From assembly GCA_964016885.1 (NCBI GenBank), contig OZ024742.1, positions 221,650,001 through 221,714,000 on the forward strand: a stretch of DNA of 64,000 nt, read 5' to 3'. Of the stretch, positions 1 to 11,918 are shown piece after piece (the stretch's first letter is position 1; each line of letters opens with the position of its first letter). The notes under the pieces are model-generated. The model was not told the DNA's origin, made no database searches, and saw only the letters and a program-made list of their open reading frames with translations. The DNA comes from Eledone cirrhosa (lineage: Eukaryota). A program made the translations under genes and the position numbers.

Positions 1-557
1 CCAGGTTACTACGAAAAAGGTTAATGCAGTGAGCATATTTAGGTTATTTTTTTCTGCTCACTGAACCAGGTTGCAAACAATGACAAATTATTGACACCAA
101 GAAATAAATATAAAGTGAATTTAAGTTTTGTATATTTGTTTTGACTAGCTAAAACAACTCTCACTATGTATTTGCTTTAATTTCAACAAATGACCTATCA
201 AGTTGCTTGCCAGACAAATACAACTCTAAAATTATGTGTATTATCTTATCTTTCAAATATTAAAAGAATGAGAATACCAAAGCATTAAAAAATGTTAGAT
301 ATTTATCTCTATTGGTAAATACAATTATTACTTAGGCTGTAATTAATTCTGAGATTAATCTAATTTTTGCTTGTTTATGTACATATTACACATCGAGCAT
401 TCAATGCCTAGGTCTCATTACAATGCAATATCTCACTTTGTACACAAGCATCATGAAATCTATTTGCTGAAACCTTTTTTCTGGCTAGCTTTGGCCTTTA
501 GTATGTTTATACTGATTTTTGAAGTTTAGTCATGGGAGTGAACAAAACTAGATTTAA

Positions 558-767
558 CCCTTCAGCATTTACATTACTCCATATATACTATTGTATTTTC
601 GCAGTAAAGGCTTTATCCTACATAATATTGAATCTATGAGATTTTGATATAATTTATTTTGAGAACAATACCTTAACATCTGTATAAGTGGCCAGTTACA
701 GTCTGTTTCAACTGGAAGAGGTGAGAGAATTCTGGTCGGATTTGGCTGGTTTAAAATGCTAAAAGGG
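558..767. mobile_element. piggyBac-derived MITE (family A), copy 1
   Basis: TTAA|CCCTTCAGCATT ... ATGCTAAAAGGG|TTAA; internal sequence similar to the 14300-14469 end of the piggyBac. Confidence 0.85.
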
Positions 768-922
768 TTAATCAACAGCAATTTTATATAAAAAGATGAA
801 CTTTCAAAGTAATACTGTTTCTCCAAAACTTTCTAAGTAATACGAATGAGAGATGCTGCCCATGATTTTCTGATCACTTTGAAAATATTCAAGTATTTTG
901 AGGGGAATAACTTTCTCATTAA

Positions 923-1116
923 CCCTTTAGCATTCACATTACTCTATATATACTATTGAATTTTCACAGTAAAGGCTTTATCTCACATAATATCGAATCT
1001 ATGAGATTTTGATATTTATTTTGAGAACAATACCTTAACATCAGTTTGAGCGACCAGTTACAGCCAGTTTCAACAGAAAGAGGTAGAGAATTCTGGCCGG
1101 TTTGAACATTAAAGGG
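923..1116. mobile_element. piggyBac-derived MITE (family A), copy 2, nested in a family B element
   Basis: TTAA|CCCTTTAGCATTCACATT ... TGAACATTAAAGGG|TTAA; the flanks rejoin to give the family B consensus. Confidence 0.85.
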
Positions 1117-4100
1117 TTAAGTTTGTGTTTGGAACATAGATTTTTACATAAAATGATATGATGGAAGGTTTTTAGATAACTATACATATTTTAAAATAAA
1201 AGGCTTTGTATCATATAACCAGGGATTTAGTATCAAAAGATTCCTTCCTTATCATCTGCTCAGCAGCAGGAATTCTATTTTCATTATAATACTGCAAGTA
1301 TCTAGCCATTTATGATAATGTTTGGATTAGTAATATGTATAGCTTAATGGACCTGTCTAATGTCTCTCTCTCTCTCTCATATAGAGAGACATCATAATCC
1401 TTTTCTGACCATATTTCTAATAAAAGCATGATATTCAACTAATGAAAATAATGAATTTGGATGGGATTTAGTAATATAACTTTCTCGATTATGTTAGTCT
1501 TTGGAACATACCTTAACAAAGATTCTTACATAAAATTATGATGAAAGAGGGTTCTTTAATACAAGCAGTTTTAAGCCATTTGGTTTCAAACGGAGTAAGC
1601 TGATGTTTGGAATATAACTTAAAGGTTCTTACATAAAATTATGATAGGTTTTTAAATAAATATAAACATTTTTGTATTATGGGCTCCATAATGTGGTGAT
1701 GTATCAAAAGGTTAAGCTGAGATCTATTTAACTTTTTCGATAAACAAAATTGAAAAACCAGTCATGTTTTCATACCTCTGTGTGTGTGTATGATCATCAT
1801 TATCCAAAGATGAAAGAAATTTTCTTTTTTAACAGGTTAGGTGGAAATAAAGGGTTTTTGGTCTTTCTAGGCTGGCTACCTTTGTGATTAATATACTTGA
1901 TGTAAATAATTTTACCATCACTATTTCGTTATTGAATGTTTGTAAGGAAAGTTACATTTCCCTTTCTAGTTAATAAGGGTAATAATGGTTTCTACTATAA
2001 GCACAAGGCCAGTACATTTTTTTTTGGGGGGGGGGGGTCGATTAAATTGACACCAGTGCATTACTGGTACTTTATTTTATCGACCCTGTGAGGATGAAAA
2101 GCAAAACTAACCGTAGCGGGTTTTGAACTTAGAATGTAAAGGGCTGTAACTCTCTGCCGTGAAGCAGGTTGTTCAACGCTCTACTGATAATGGTAATAAT
2201 TGTTTCTACTTTTGGCACAAGGCCAGCAATCACCCAGTACATTACTGGTACTTTATTTTATCGACCCCGTAAGGATGAAAGGCAAAGTTAACCTTGGCGG
2301 TATTTGAACTCATGGTAATAATAATAATAATAAGATATGAATGTATGTCGCATTGTGGTTAGGGTGTTTGACCTATGCATTGTGTTCTTGAGCAAGACAC
2401 TTCATGTTGCTTCTTGATGATAGGATTGGTGCACTCATCATAAAATCAACTGAGAAACCTTATAGGATACCAGATAAATGTTTTACAATAACCATATAAT
2501 AAGCCTGAGGCCCCTATCATTAAAACTCCCAAGAAATCTCGTACGAGATGCAACTGTGTAGGCAGCCTTATAAAACTGCACAGGTGTGAGCTGTAAATTT
2601 GATTTCATGTTTTCACATCAGACATACCTGCACACCCATTATATTCCATATTCTCACATGCAATTTATTTATTTAGAAAACCCTCCCCTCCCTCCTTTAA
2701 ATTTTCATTTCAAATCTTCATGTTTACATTGATATGTTGAAAACAGAATTAATCAACGTTTTTAAAACTAAAACAGAAGCTTGAAAGGTGATAAAAGATA
2801 AAAACGTGTTCTTCATTCTCGAGAACTAAGAACACAGAAGTGACAAAAAATATTTTTAAAAACCTCTTAGAATTATTAATGAAAACAAAAAATCCAGAAA
2901 GCGAAGTAATATAATACATATAAAGTCAATTGTAAATGTTGCTTTTTTTCTTGAAAATGTTAATGAAAGTAATGAAAGAACATGGAAAGATAAATAGGAG
3001 AGAGTAAGCAAGAGATATAGGAGAGAGAAAGGGCTGGAAAGGTGATAGGAGAGAGGAGGAAAAGATACAGGAAAATGAGAGCAAGAGAAGGGAGAGATAC
3101 AGGAGAGTGAGAGCAAGATCAGGGGGAGGGGTATGTTTTGATTGCTAACTAAGTTAGAGCCAGCAAGCAAGCCATTTTATATAGAGAAAATTACATGCAG
3201 TATTGCAACAATAATTACTACCCAGTGAAACCAAATGTAAAATAAGAGATGGAGGTGGGGGTGCCAATAACATCAAAAGGACAGCAAAAAAAATTGAGCT
3301 TTTTACAAAAAAAAAAAATTTTTACTTTATATTTATTTATTGAGGATTGAGTTGAAGTGTTTGATAACATGTTGGGAGTTAGCTTAATCTTAATTGTAAA
3401 ATATGCAAATTGGAGATATAAAAATGCTTTTAGCTACTGCAAATTCTCTTAATCACAGGTACAGACACAGCTGGAAATAAAAATGTTATAACTGAACAGC
3501 CGATTTTGTCCACACACACACGATCTGTTAAATTTGTTCTAAAATTTTAATTTAGAATTTATGGAAGAAATGACTTCTGTCAATGGAGTAATTTTTTTTT
3601 TTTTATTAGATTTTTCTTGTATTTTTAGTCTTTTACAGCATGTTTGTAACAACAAAGTTTCTAAATTCATAATCTAATCAAAGTGTTTGACTTTGTCTCA
3701 TCAAACAACACTCCACATCCTAATGATGGGATTGTGAAAGTCTAGAAACACCAATTAAATTTAGGAATTTAGAAATTTGTTGTTTCAAACTAGCTGCCAT
3801 AAAAAAATACAAAAAAAATCTGATTGTTAAACCTCAAAGATAGTAATGTCTAAAAGAAAAGCAGTTGTCCATATATACAAATGCGCGCGCGCGCACACAC
3901 AACCCATAAACGTAGCTTTGTTAAAGTTTGGTATTGAAACCAAATATTTAATATATTTCATCTATAAAATAAGTGATTAACATGGCTCCCTTTTTCTCTT
4001 TACATTGTATAGTAGATTCTAACTCTTCAATACATTCTTCGTTTTATTTCCATAAAGTTCACATATATACACCTGTCTCTATCCACACCTAGAGTCATCC

Positions 4101-4939
4101 TATATGCATATATATTATTTTTATATCCATTTGTCTCTGTCATCTGTTGAAGCTTTTGTAAGACTGTTTCTTGGGATTGGTTTCCACCACCTCTACTTGC
4201 GTATTTTTTTGGTCTTCTTCTTTAATTCCCTTCTACTTTTTCTTTTTTGCTCTGTCTAAAAAAAAAAAAATTTAAGTCGACAGCTCTCACCTATGCAGGT
4301 TCAGCTGGCCTCCTACAAGGCTGTTTCTTAGGTGTTTTAATGATAAGGAGCCACAGTCCTATAATGTCTGTCTTGATGTAGAGTAATAGACATTTGCATA
4401 TTATTTCTACTTTTTTCTTGAACTCTTTTGATAGCAAACTGCCTGTGTTCTATATATGATACAAAACTGTTTTAAAATCGACCCCAGTAAATATTAAGGA
4501 GTGTCTTATGTGAAGGGGTGTCCAATAGGCTGGCAAATACAGTATATTGTTATTAATAATTTAGCGTTAAAAAAGGTTACCACGAAAAAATCCATTTTAA
4601 AAAATCGCCTAAGATATTTACAATTCTGTGAATATGTGGTGGTTTCCGCGAACAATTATTAGGTTCTAAGGAAAAGTCTGTGAATGTCGGGACCACTAAT
4701 GCTGGCGGGTACACTGTACACAGTAAGTTTCTAATTGTCTAACTGCTAAGTTTCAGAACATAAATGGTAAATGTACACACACACACACACGCGTGTGTGT
4801 GTATATATAAATCATTAAAAGGACGTTAAATGATAACAATATATGGGCTTCCTTACAATTTCCATCTTATGAAATTCACTCACAAGGTGCTGTACAGTGG
4901 GTCTGAACCCATAACTATGCCATAAATTTTTTTTAAATT

Positions 4940-5168
4940 CTTTTGTTACCATATTTTTAATGAAAGGTATTGCCTGTTATTTTCATACCATTTTGAAAAT
5001 AATCAGGAATTTAGAGAGATTTAGTAATATAATTAACTTTTATTAAGCTGGTGTTTGATAACATATAAAATTATGAAAAAAGGCTTTTAGATAAATATAA
5101 ACACTTCAAACTTAAGAGCTGTGTATTATAGAACCAAGGGTAAGGGAGTTTGTAATTAAAAGGGTTAA
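4940..5168. mobile_element. Abundant AT-rich TTAA-flanked MITE (family B), representative copy; further degenerate copies near 830-1240, 1400-1715, 8650-8910, 11010-11232, 30020-30240, 60574-60890, 63213-63440
   Basis: Recurrent consensus cttttgttaccata..ttttgaaaataat..ttaagctggtgtttg..taaaattatgatggaaggtttt..tcatagaaccag..atcaaaagggttaa with inverted ends. Confidence 0.65.
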
Positions 5169-5313
5169 AACAATATTTTTAATACTGTAATGGTTGTTTT
5201 TTTTTTTAGTATTTTAACAATATCATTCTTTCATGTTAGTATTGAGTTGGACAACAAATTTTAAGGCAGTATTCTATAGCCTTTTGCCAAAACAATTTTC
5301 TTTTTCTTTTTAA

Positions 5314-5461
5314 CTCTTTAGCATTTAAACTGACCATATCCAGCCAGAAGTCTCTCACCTCTTTCTGTTCAAACCGACGTTATGGTATTGTTCTCAAACG
5401 CTCGTAGATTCGATATTCTGTGAAAATACAATAATATATAGAGAGTAATGTAAATGCAGGG
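5314..5461. mobile_element. piggyBac-derived MITE (family A), copy 3, inverted and partly deleted
   Basis: TTAA flanks; reverse complement of copies 1 and 2. Confidence 0.7.
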
Positions 5462-7065
5462 TTAAGTTGTATAGTTGTTGCAGATATTTTGATATCAAAA
5501 GGGTTTAGAACAAAAAACTGAAATAATTTTCATATGCTTTCCTTTCTTGTGTGAAAACTGGTTGAGTGAATAACTAAGCTATTTCAAGTTTGTTATTCAG
5601 ATGTCCAATAAATAGTTTCTAAAAACAGAGCAGAGTATTCTTCATAGTATTCTAAAAAAAGAAGCTATCTGATTAACAAAACCTTACTAACCAACATACA
5701 GCTCATTCATTGACACAGTTACGTTACCCCTCTCTCCCACTCTCTCTCTCTCTCTCTCTCTCCCTCTCCCCCTCTCATATATATATATATATACATCATT
5801 TTACGTCGTTTTTTCTATTCTTGGTATGGCTTGAACAAGTCCTTTCCAGCACAGCCTCCTGCCATTTGGTAGTGTTCCTTTGATTATATAACTATAACTG
5901 TTATATGCACTATCATTAATGTGAAAAATTGACTCCAATCTAATACTATTCACAAACGAAACAATCAAATACCTTTAAAACACTTAATCTCAACCTAAAT
6001 TACTATACACACACACACACCACAAGTAAAACACCCCAACCATGACCATCAGAACCATACCCCCAAAACCCACTCCCATGCATAACAATAATCAAATCCA
6101 TTCTAGTTGTATGGACGCATTGGACATCATCAGAATGTTTTCTAGATATCTGTCATCATTTTCAGTCTACTTTTCATGCTGGCATCTGTTGGACAAGTTC
6201 TTTCAGTCTGACACAAGACAGTTTGGATACTATGCCTAACTCATACATTCCCTATATTGGCAAAGTTTCTGAAGCTGGATACCTTTCCCAATGCCAACAT
6301 AGAATGTACTGAGTGCATTTTATCCTGGCATTAGCATTAGCGAGCTTGTCATATACTCAGCAAAACTGAAAAGTCCTCTCTATCCTGTATTGTCTCCTTT
6401 TGATTGCCAATCACTTATATATATTGAGGTGGTTGGTGTTGGGAAGGGCTTCCAATCGTAGAAACATGTCCAAAAGGATTGAGAGGAGCCTTCAGTCATG
6501 ATACAACTTTTCTAGTGCCGATGCCACGAAAAATGTACCCAGTACATATTTTAAAATGATTGTGAGAGTATGCTTCAGTTATGTCTAACTGCCTTTGTGC
6601 TGGTGCACCCTATATCGAATGTTAGAATGTATGTAAATGAAATGAGACACCCAGCCCATCTGAGAGACCCATAGATCTGATTATGTACAGACTTGGTCTG
6701 TGATGGCCCATCAGCCTTGCTAACAAGAAAAAAAAAACAGGTGTGAACAGAACAGCCTCTCATAAAATTAACATTCAAGTGACTGAGCATTCCAATGGCA
6801 TGTATACTTAACATAGTTCTCAAAGAGATTCAGCATGACACCGGGTGTGATAAGGCTGGCCCTTTGAATTATCATTTTCCCAGCCGAGTTGACTGAAGCA
6901 ACATGAAAATAGTGTCTTGCTCAGGGCACAATGCACTGCCAGGAATGGAACACATGACCCTATGATTGTGAGCCAAACACTCTAACCACTAAGTCATACA
7001 CAAGTTACTTGTAAACCTGTTCAAAATATCTTATTCTGTTTCAGACCCAGTGGTGTATTTCAAAG

Positions 7066-7108
7066 ATGAGTTCTTACCAGATGACGGGGACCACAACCAC
7101 TAGCTCAG
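7066..7108 (+). CDS. CTNNB1: Beta-catenin coding exon 1 (start codon; MSSYQMTGTTTTSS; exon begins at 7045 after tttcag)
   Basis: Acceptor ...gtttcag at 7044, ATG at 7066, donor CAG|gtaaat at 7109. Phase 1 joins in frame to exon 2 (G+TG=Val). A short phase-1 first coding exon matches the known beta-catenin gene layout. It is short, so less certain than the other exons. Confidence 0.7.
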
Positions 7109-7359
7109 GTAAATTGCTACTTATTAATATTTAATTTTATAAAAAAAGAATATTGTTATTATCTGTATGTTTGCACCCATGGAGATGTTGCAGAAAGAGA
7201 AAGATGTTGTTCTGCAGTGAGTTGGAAGGTCAGCATGTGACATAAAGATGTCCTCATCTTTTTTTTTTATTGTTGTTGAAAAAAAGAGCATGTCAGTGTT
7301 GAGGTGGAAGGTTTGTCCTGATGTGATACCATGTGTCATCAGTTTCATTACCATTAATC

Positions 7360-7630
7360 TACATAATGGGCTGGTTGGTAGGTTGGGCCCCTGTGATCTT
7401 GTGGCAAGACATCCTTAGTGTTGTACACATGGTGGGCTGGTTGGTAAGCTAACCTCTCTTGTCTTATAGCAAGACATTCTTGATGTTGTACATATTGGCT
7501 GGTTGTTAGGTTGGCTCCCTGTTGTCTTGTGGCAAAACTTCCTTGAGGTTGTATTATAGACATGGACTGGTTGGTAGGTTGGCATTCACTTGACATGGAC
7601 TGGTTGGTAGGTTGGCATTCACTTGACATG
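7360..7630. repeat. Minisatellite: three ~65-bp degenerate units plus two 33-bp units sharing ggctggttggtaggttgg
   Basis: Direct repeats visible; they explain the repetitive ORF 7354..7629. Confidence 0.8.
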
Positions 7631-8912
7631 TCTGAAAGTATGAATCATTGTACACTTTAGTGTTGTCTTTGCGAATTTTCTGATCTCATCACCATATAGG
7701 GTGAATATTTGAACTGTCATACTCTTTGTTGTTGTATCCTATCTTGCCTGGTCTTGTTGACAGCTTGTCTCAGGCAGCACATCTCATGGGTAGTGAATGA
7801 GATGCACTGCTTATATTTTGCAATTAATTTTGAAAATAATTTTTAAAATTTGGAGAGGTTTTTTTTTTTTTTATTATTATTATTAGTTACTTAATATTTG
7901 GAACAATAAAATTTTCTGATATAAAATTATAATGAGCAGTTTTATATTGTAAAAGATAAGATAGTATTAGGCATGTTGATAGGAAAATGTTTGCATGATG
8001 CCTCACATACAACCTCAAGTCTCCAGGTCAGACTTGCACTGGTTGCACAAATAGGGGCTTTGAAAACATCCCTCAGTAAGGGAACATGACAACCTTAAAC
8101 ATATGGTCTGGCAACTCATTGTTCTGGAGCGGGACACTACATTTTATATTCATTTTTATAAGACTGAGGACCCTACATTAAAACACCTGAGATACTTCCT
8201 GTGAAACAAAACCTCTTAGGGAGCGAGCTAAACCGTGTTTGCACTTACTGTCAACAAAAAAAGTGATTGATAAAGTAAGTACTGGGGGTAATATGATTGA
8301 CTAAATCAAAGTGGTGCCCCAATATGACTACAATCTGATGGTTGGAATCGGTAAAATAGTAAAAGAAAAGGGCATGAGGTATAACACCAATAACAAATGA
8401 TGGTGGTGCCAACAGCTGTTATATAATCCATTATAGACACTCAAAATTATTGAATAAAAAATTTGATCTAGCTAAACTTCATGGTTGGGTACTTGTACAG
8501 AATGCTGTTTGTCAAGAATGTATATATTAAGTAATAGCACCAGATGTGTAGTATTATGCAAAATATACATTGAAGTAAATATATAAAAGCATACTAGGTA
8601 AACATGTTAAAGTTATTTTAAAATTTAGTTTATTTTAGTTTTTTTAATCCTTTTAACATATTCTAATGAAAGGCCTGTGTTTTTCAAATCATTTCGCAGA
8701 ATAATCTAAAATTTGGGGGGATCTCCTTATTAAACTTTTGTTGGAATATAACATGTTCTTACATAAAATTATAAAGGAAGCTTTTTAGATAAATATATAC
8801 ACTTAACCTTTTGTTACCATGTTTTTAATGAAAGTCACTGCCTATAATTTTCAAATAATTTTGAATATATACATTTAACTAATTTTCTCATTTTTAAGCT
8901 GGTGTTTGAAGC

Positions 8913-9190
8913 GTGTCAAAGTATTGGTCACTCTCTGATAGGTTTGTGTTTGAGCCATTAACAGTGGAAACTTCTGGTGTACTTGGCCTCTGGACCACAT
9001 CCCTACTCACTGTTATTGGAGCAGAGTTGGCTCCTTGCAAGTGTGGGGTTGAATGGCTGTTCATCACCATCTGCCAAAACCACAAGGCAAACTGATCCTT
9101 AACCTGCATTGATAGACTTGAAGACAATTACTCCAATGTTGTTTAATCCATATATCATGTACTAAAGCTGTTTTGATACATACATTTAAA
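8913..9190 (+). mobile_element. Degenerate 3' fragment of a CRE-like (restriction-like endonuclease) non-LTR retrotransposon
   Basis: KY..LSDRFVFEPLTVETSGVLG....LL..IG..L.......EWLF resembles the KY...F.P.AVET.G..G C-terminal motif of CRE-clade elements. Confidence 0.5.
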
Positions 9191-9268
9191 CAACATTTTA
9201 TATATACAATTATCTGATGAAAAAGTGTTTTATTTTCTTTTTATCTAGATGAGCACTACTAAGTTTAG

Positions 9269-9695
9269 CCCTTTAACATTTAAACCAGCTGTATCTGGCC
9301 AGAATTTTCTCACCTCTTTCTGTTCAAACCAGCTGTAACCAGCTCAAACCAATGTTATGGTATTGTTCTCAAAATAAATATCATCAAAATCTCATAGCTT
9401 TGATATTATGTGAGATAAAGCCCTTTCTGTGAAAATACAATAGGATATATAATGTAAATGCTAAAGGGTTAACAAAAGGTTTATAACAGGCTTGTCTGTC
9501 TGGATTTTAACCTCTTAGCATTTAAACCAGCTATATCTGGTTAGAAATCTCACACTTCTTTCTGTTCAAACTAGCCATAACCAGCTGCTCATACTTATGT
9601 TAAGGTATATCAAAATCTTGTAGATTTGATATTCTGTGAAATAAGGTGTTTACTGTGAAAATACAGTAGAATATAGTTATGTAAACGCTAAAGGG
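9269..9695. mobile_element. Two adjacent piggyBac-derived MITEs (family A): 9269-9468 and 9511-9695
   Basis: Each ends GCTAAAGGG|TTAA and starts with a CCCTTTA/CCTCTTAGCATT-like TIR; reverse complement of copies 1 and 2. Confidence 0.8.
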
Positions 9696-11918
9696 TTAAT
9701 AACCTAGAACTCTTGATTTGCACTGGGGAAAACACCTGATGTCAGCCAATAAATAGATGTTTTTCTGGGAGTTGACATGTTTTACTGAGAGTAAACAACA
9801 GGTGTTTTTCTACTCGGAAAGAATCTCAAGTACTTCAGTTGGCCATAACCAGTCGTGCATGATTTTTCACTGCTATATAGAGGCAGGTAGCACCAGGTGT
9901 CATGTCATCATGTCACATTTAGTCATTTCCATTCCTAAATGCTGCCTACACATAGACAAATAAAATTGTTGGGTTTCACTCATGCCACAGGTATCACCTT
10001 GAACAATTTTAAATATCTTTTATTGTCATTACACTGTTATGATTTTATGTATATACTTAAAAATGTTTTATGTCTGAGAAATAGGCAAAAGTCCAAAACC
10101 CATTATAAGGCTAGGCAGGTAATCAACACATTGTATTCAGATGTTGCTGTTCTGAAATTCTCACAAAGTTTTAATATTTTGATATTTAAAATGTTTTAAG
10201 TGTCGTTTATTTCACAACTCCATTATGTATTGAAATTTTATCAATTTCTGGATGTTTTGAAGGCCATATTTATTCAAAATGCACACAAAACAATACAAAA
10301 TATGAATTTCACTATGAAAGTGAAACCAGTGTAATATTCACCCACCAAAGCTAAAATATTTTAGCACCTAATTTACATCAAATTTTAAAGATGGTGAAAA
10401 TCGGCAAAATGTTGACCTCTCAAATATAAGCCACCACTCCCGTCTTGCCATAATTTTTTTTTTATAACACATTTTTCTGCTTATATGCAGTAATCATATT
10501 TATTAATCTGAATGGCGTACTATTGTTTTTGATGTTTTTCCTGCCTTCCACAAATAACAACCACACACACATTTATTTTTGCTTCAGGTTCTGATATAAA
10601 ATTATGATGGAAGCATTTTAGATAAATATCAGCATTTTATCACAGAACCTTAGGTGGTCTTGGGCAGTTTGGTATTAAAAGGATTAAGAATTAGAATATT
10701 TTTAAATTTTCAACTAAGATTTTTAGTTTTATCTGAAAAGAAAAAAAGAGAAAATATTCCTTTTTTCATTTTATCCCTCAAATATATTTAAAGTTTTGTA
10801 ACTGGGTTGACTGTTGACAAGTGGTACTTGTTAAATTTATTTCAAGATGTAGGGGATGTTTAAAAAATAGTTACATCATGGCCATCTTCAAGACAAACCT
10901 GTATATATGGTAGTTGCTCTTTCCTGCTCTGACTAAGTTTATGTGACTCCCTCATGTTCTAGTTTTTGAAATCTGAAAATTCATGAGGTCACTTTCTTCT
11001 TCACTCTTTTATTACCCTACTTTTAACGAAAAATGCTGTCTATGATTTTTAATTGATTTTGAAAATAATCAAAAATGTGTTGGGATTAACGCATTTTTCA
11101 GCTGGTGTATGCAACATAACAAAATGTTCTATTATAAAATTATGGTGGGTGATTTAAATTTAAATATGACCACTTTAAAACAAAACAGCTTTGTATCATA
11201 GAACCAGGGGCACTTTGATATCAGAAGGGTTAGATATTTCAGTTTTGGGCTCAAATAAAAAAGAAATATCTTGCTCCAGAGATTTAATAACCATTTCATA
11301 AAATTTCATATATAAATTTAAAGATTAGAATTTTTTAAAAATCCTTTTGTGCCTATATTTGTAATGAAATATCAATTAATTAATGAAAAATTCTGAAGGA
11401 TTTACTAAAATTATTTTATTACTAAATTAGTAACTTAACATGGTTCTTGTATTAAATGATGATGATGATAATCATCATCATCATCATCATCATCATCGTT
11501 TAACGTCCATCTTCCACGCTAGCATGGGTTTGGACAGGAATTTTCCCACTTGAGACAAGATTGGTTGTCTTGCTCGTATAGGACTGTCTGGCGGCTTTTC
11601 TATGGCCGGATGCCCTTCCTAAGACCAACCACGTTTATAGTGTACACTGGGAGGTTTTTACCGTGTTACCTACACGGCCACATTACAGCGTAGACTGTGT
11701 GTTTTTTTGTCGTGACACCTACACGACCGCATTTATTTAGGACTGGATGTTGTGGTACCAACATAACTTTACATCGAAAGGGGTGGTGTGCATGGGAAAT
11801 TTAAATAGGAACCCTTTAAAATAGATGGTTTCATTTCATAGAACTAAAGCTGATTTTGGCCTGGTTGGTAACAAAATGGTTAATCTCAAGATTATTTCAA
11901 GATGTAGGGAATGTTTAA

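Noticed and set aside
1-7044. Beta-catenin promoter or non-coding first exon
   Set aside because: The region is repeat-rich and intron-like; no supportable promoter or exon is visible, and it may lie upstream of the window.
7354-7629. 91-aa repetitive ORF (MSSECQPTNQS repeats)
   Set aside because: Product of a local minisatellite, antisense within intron 1.
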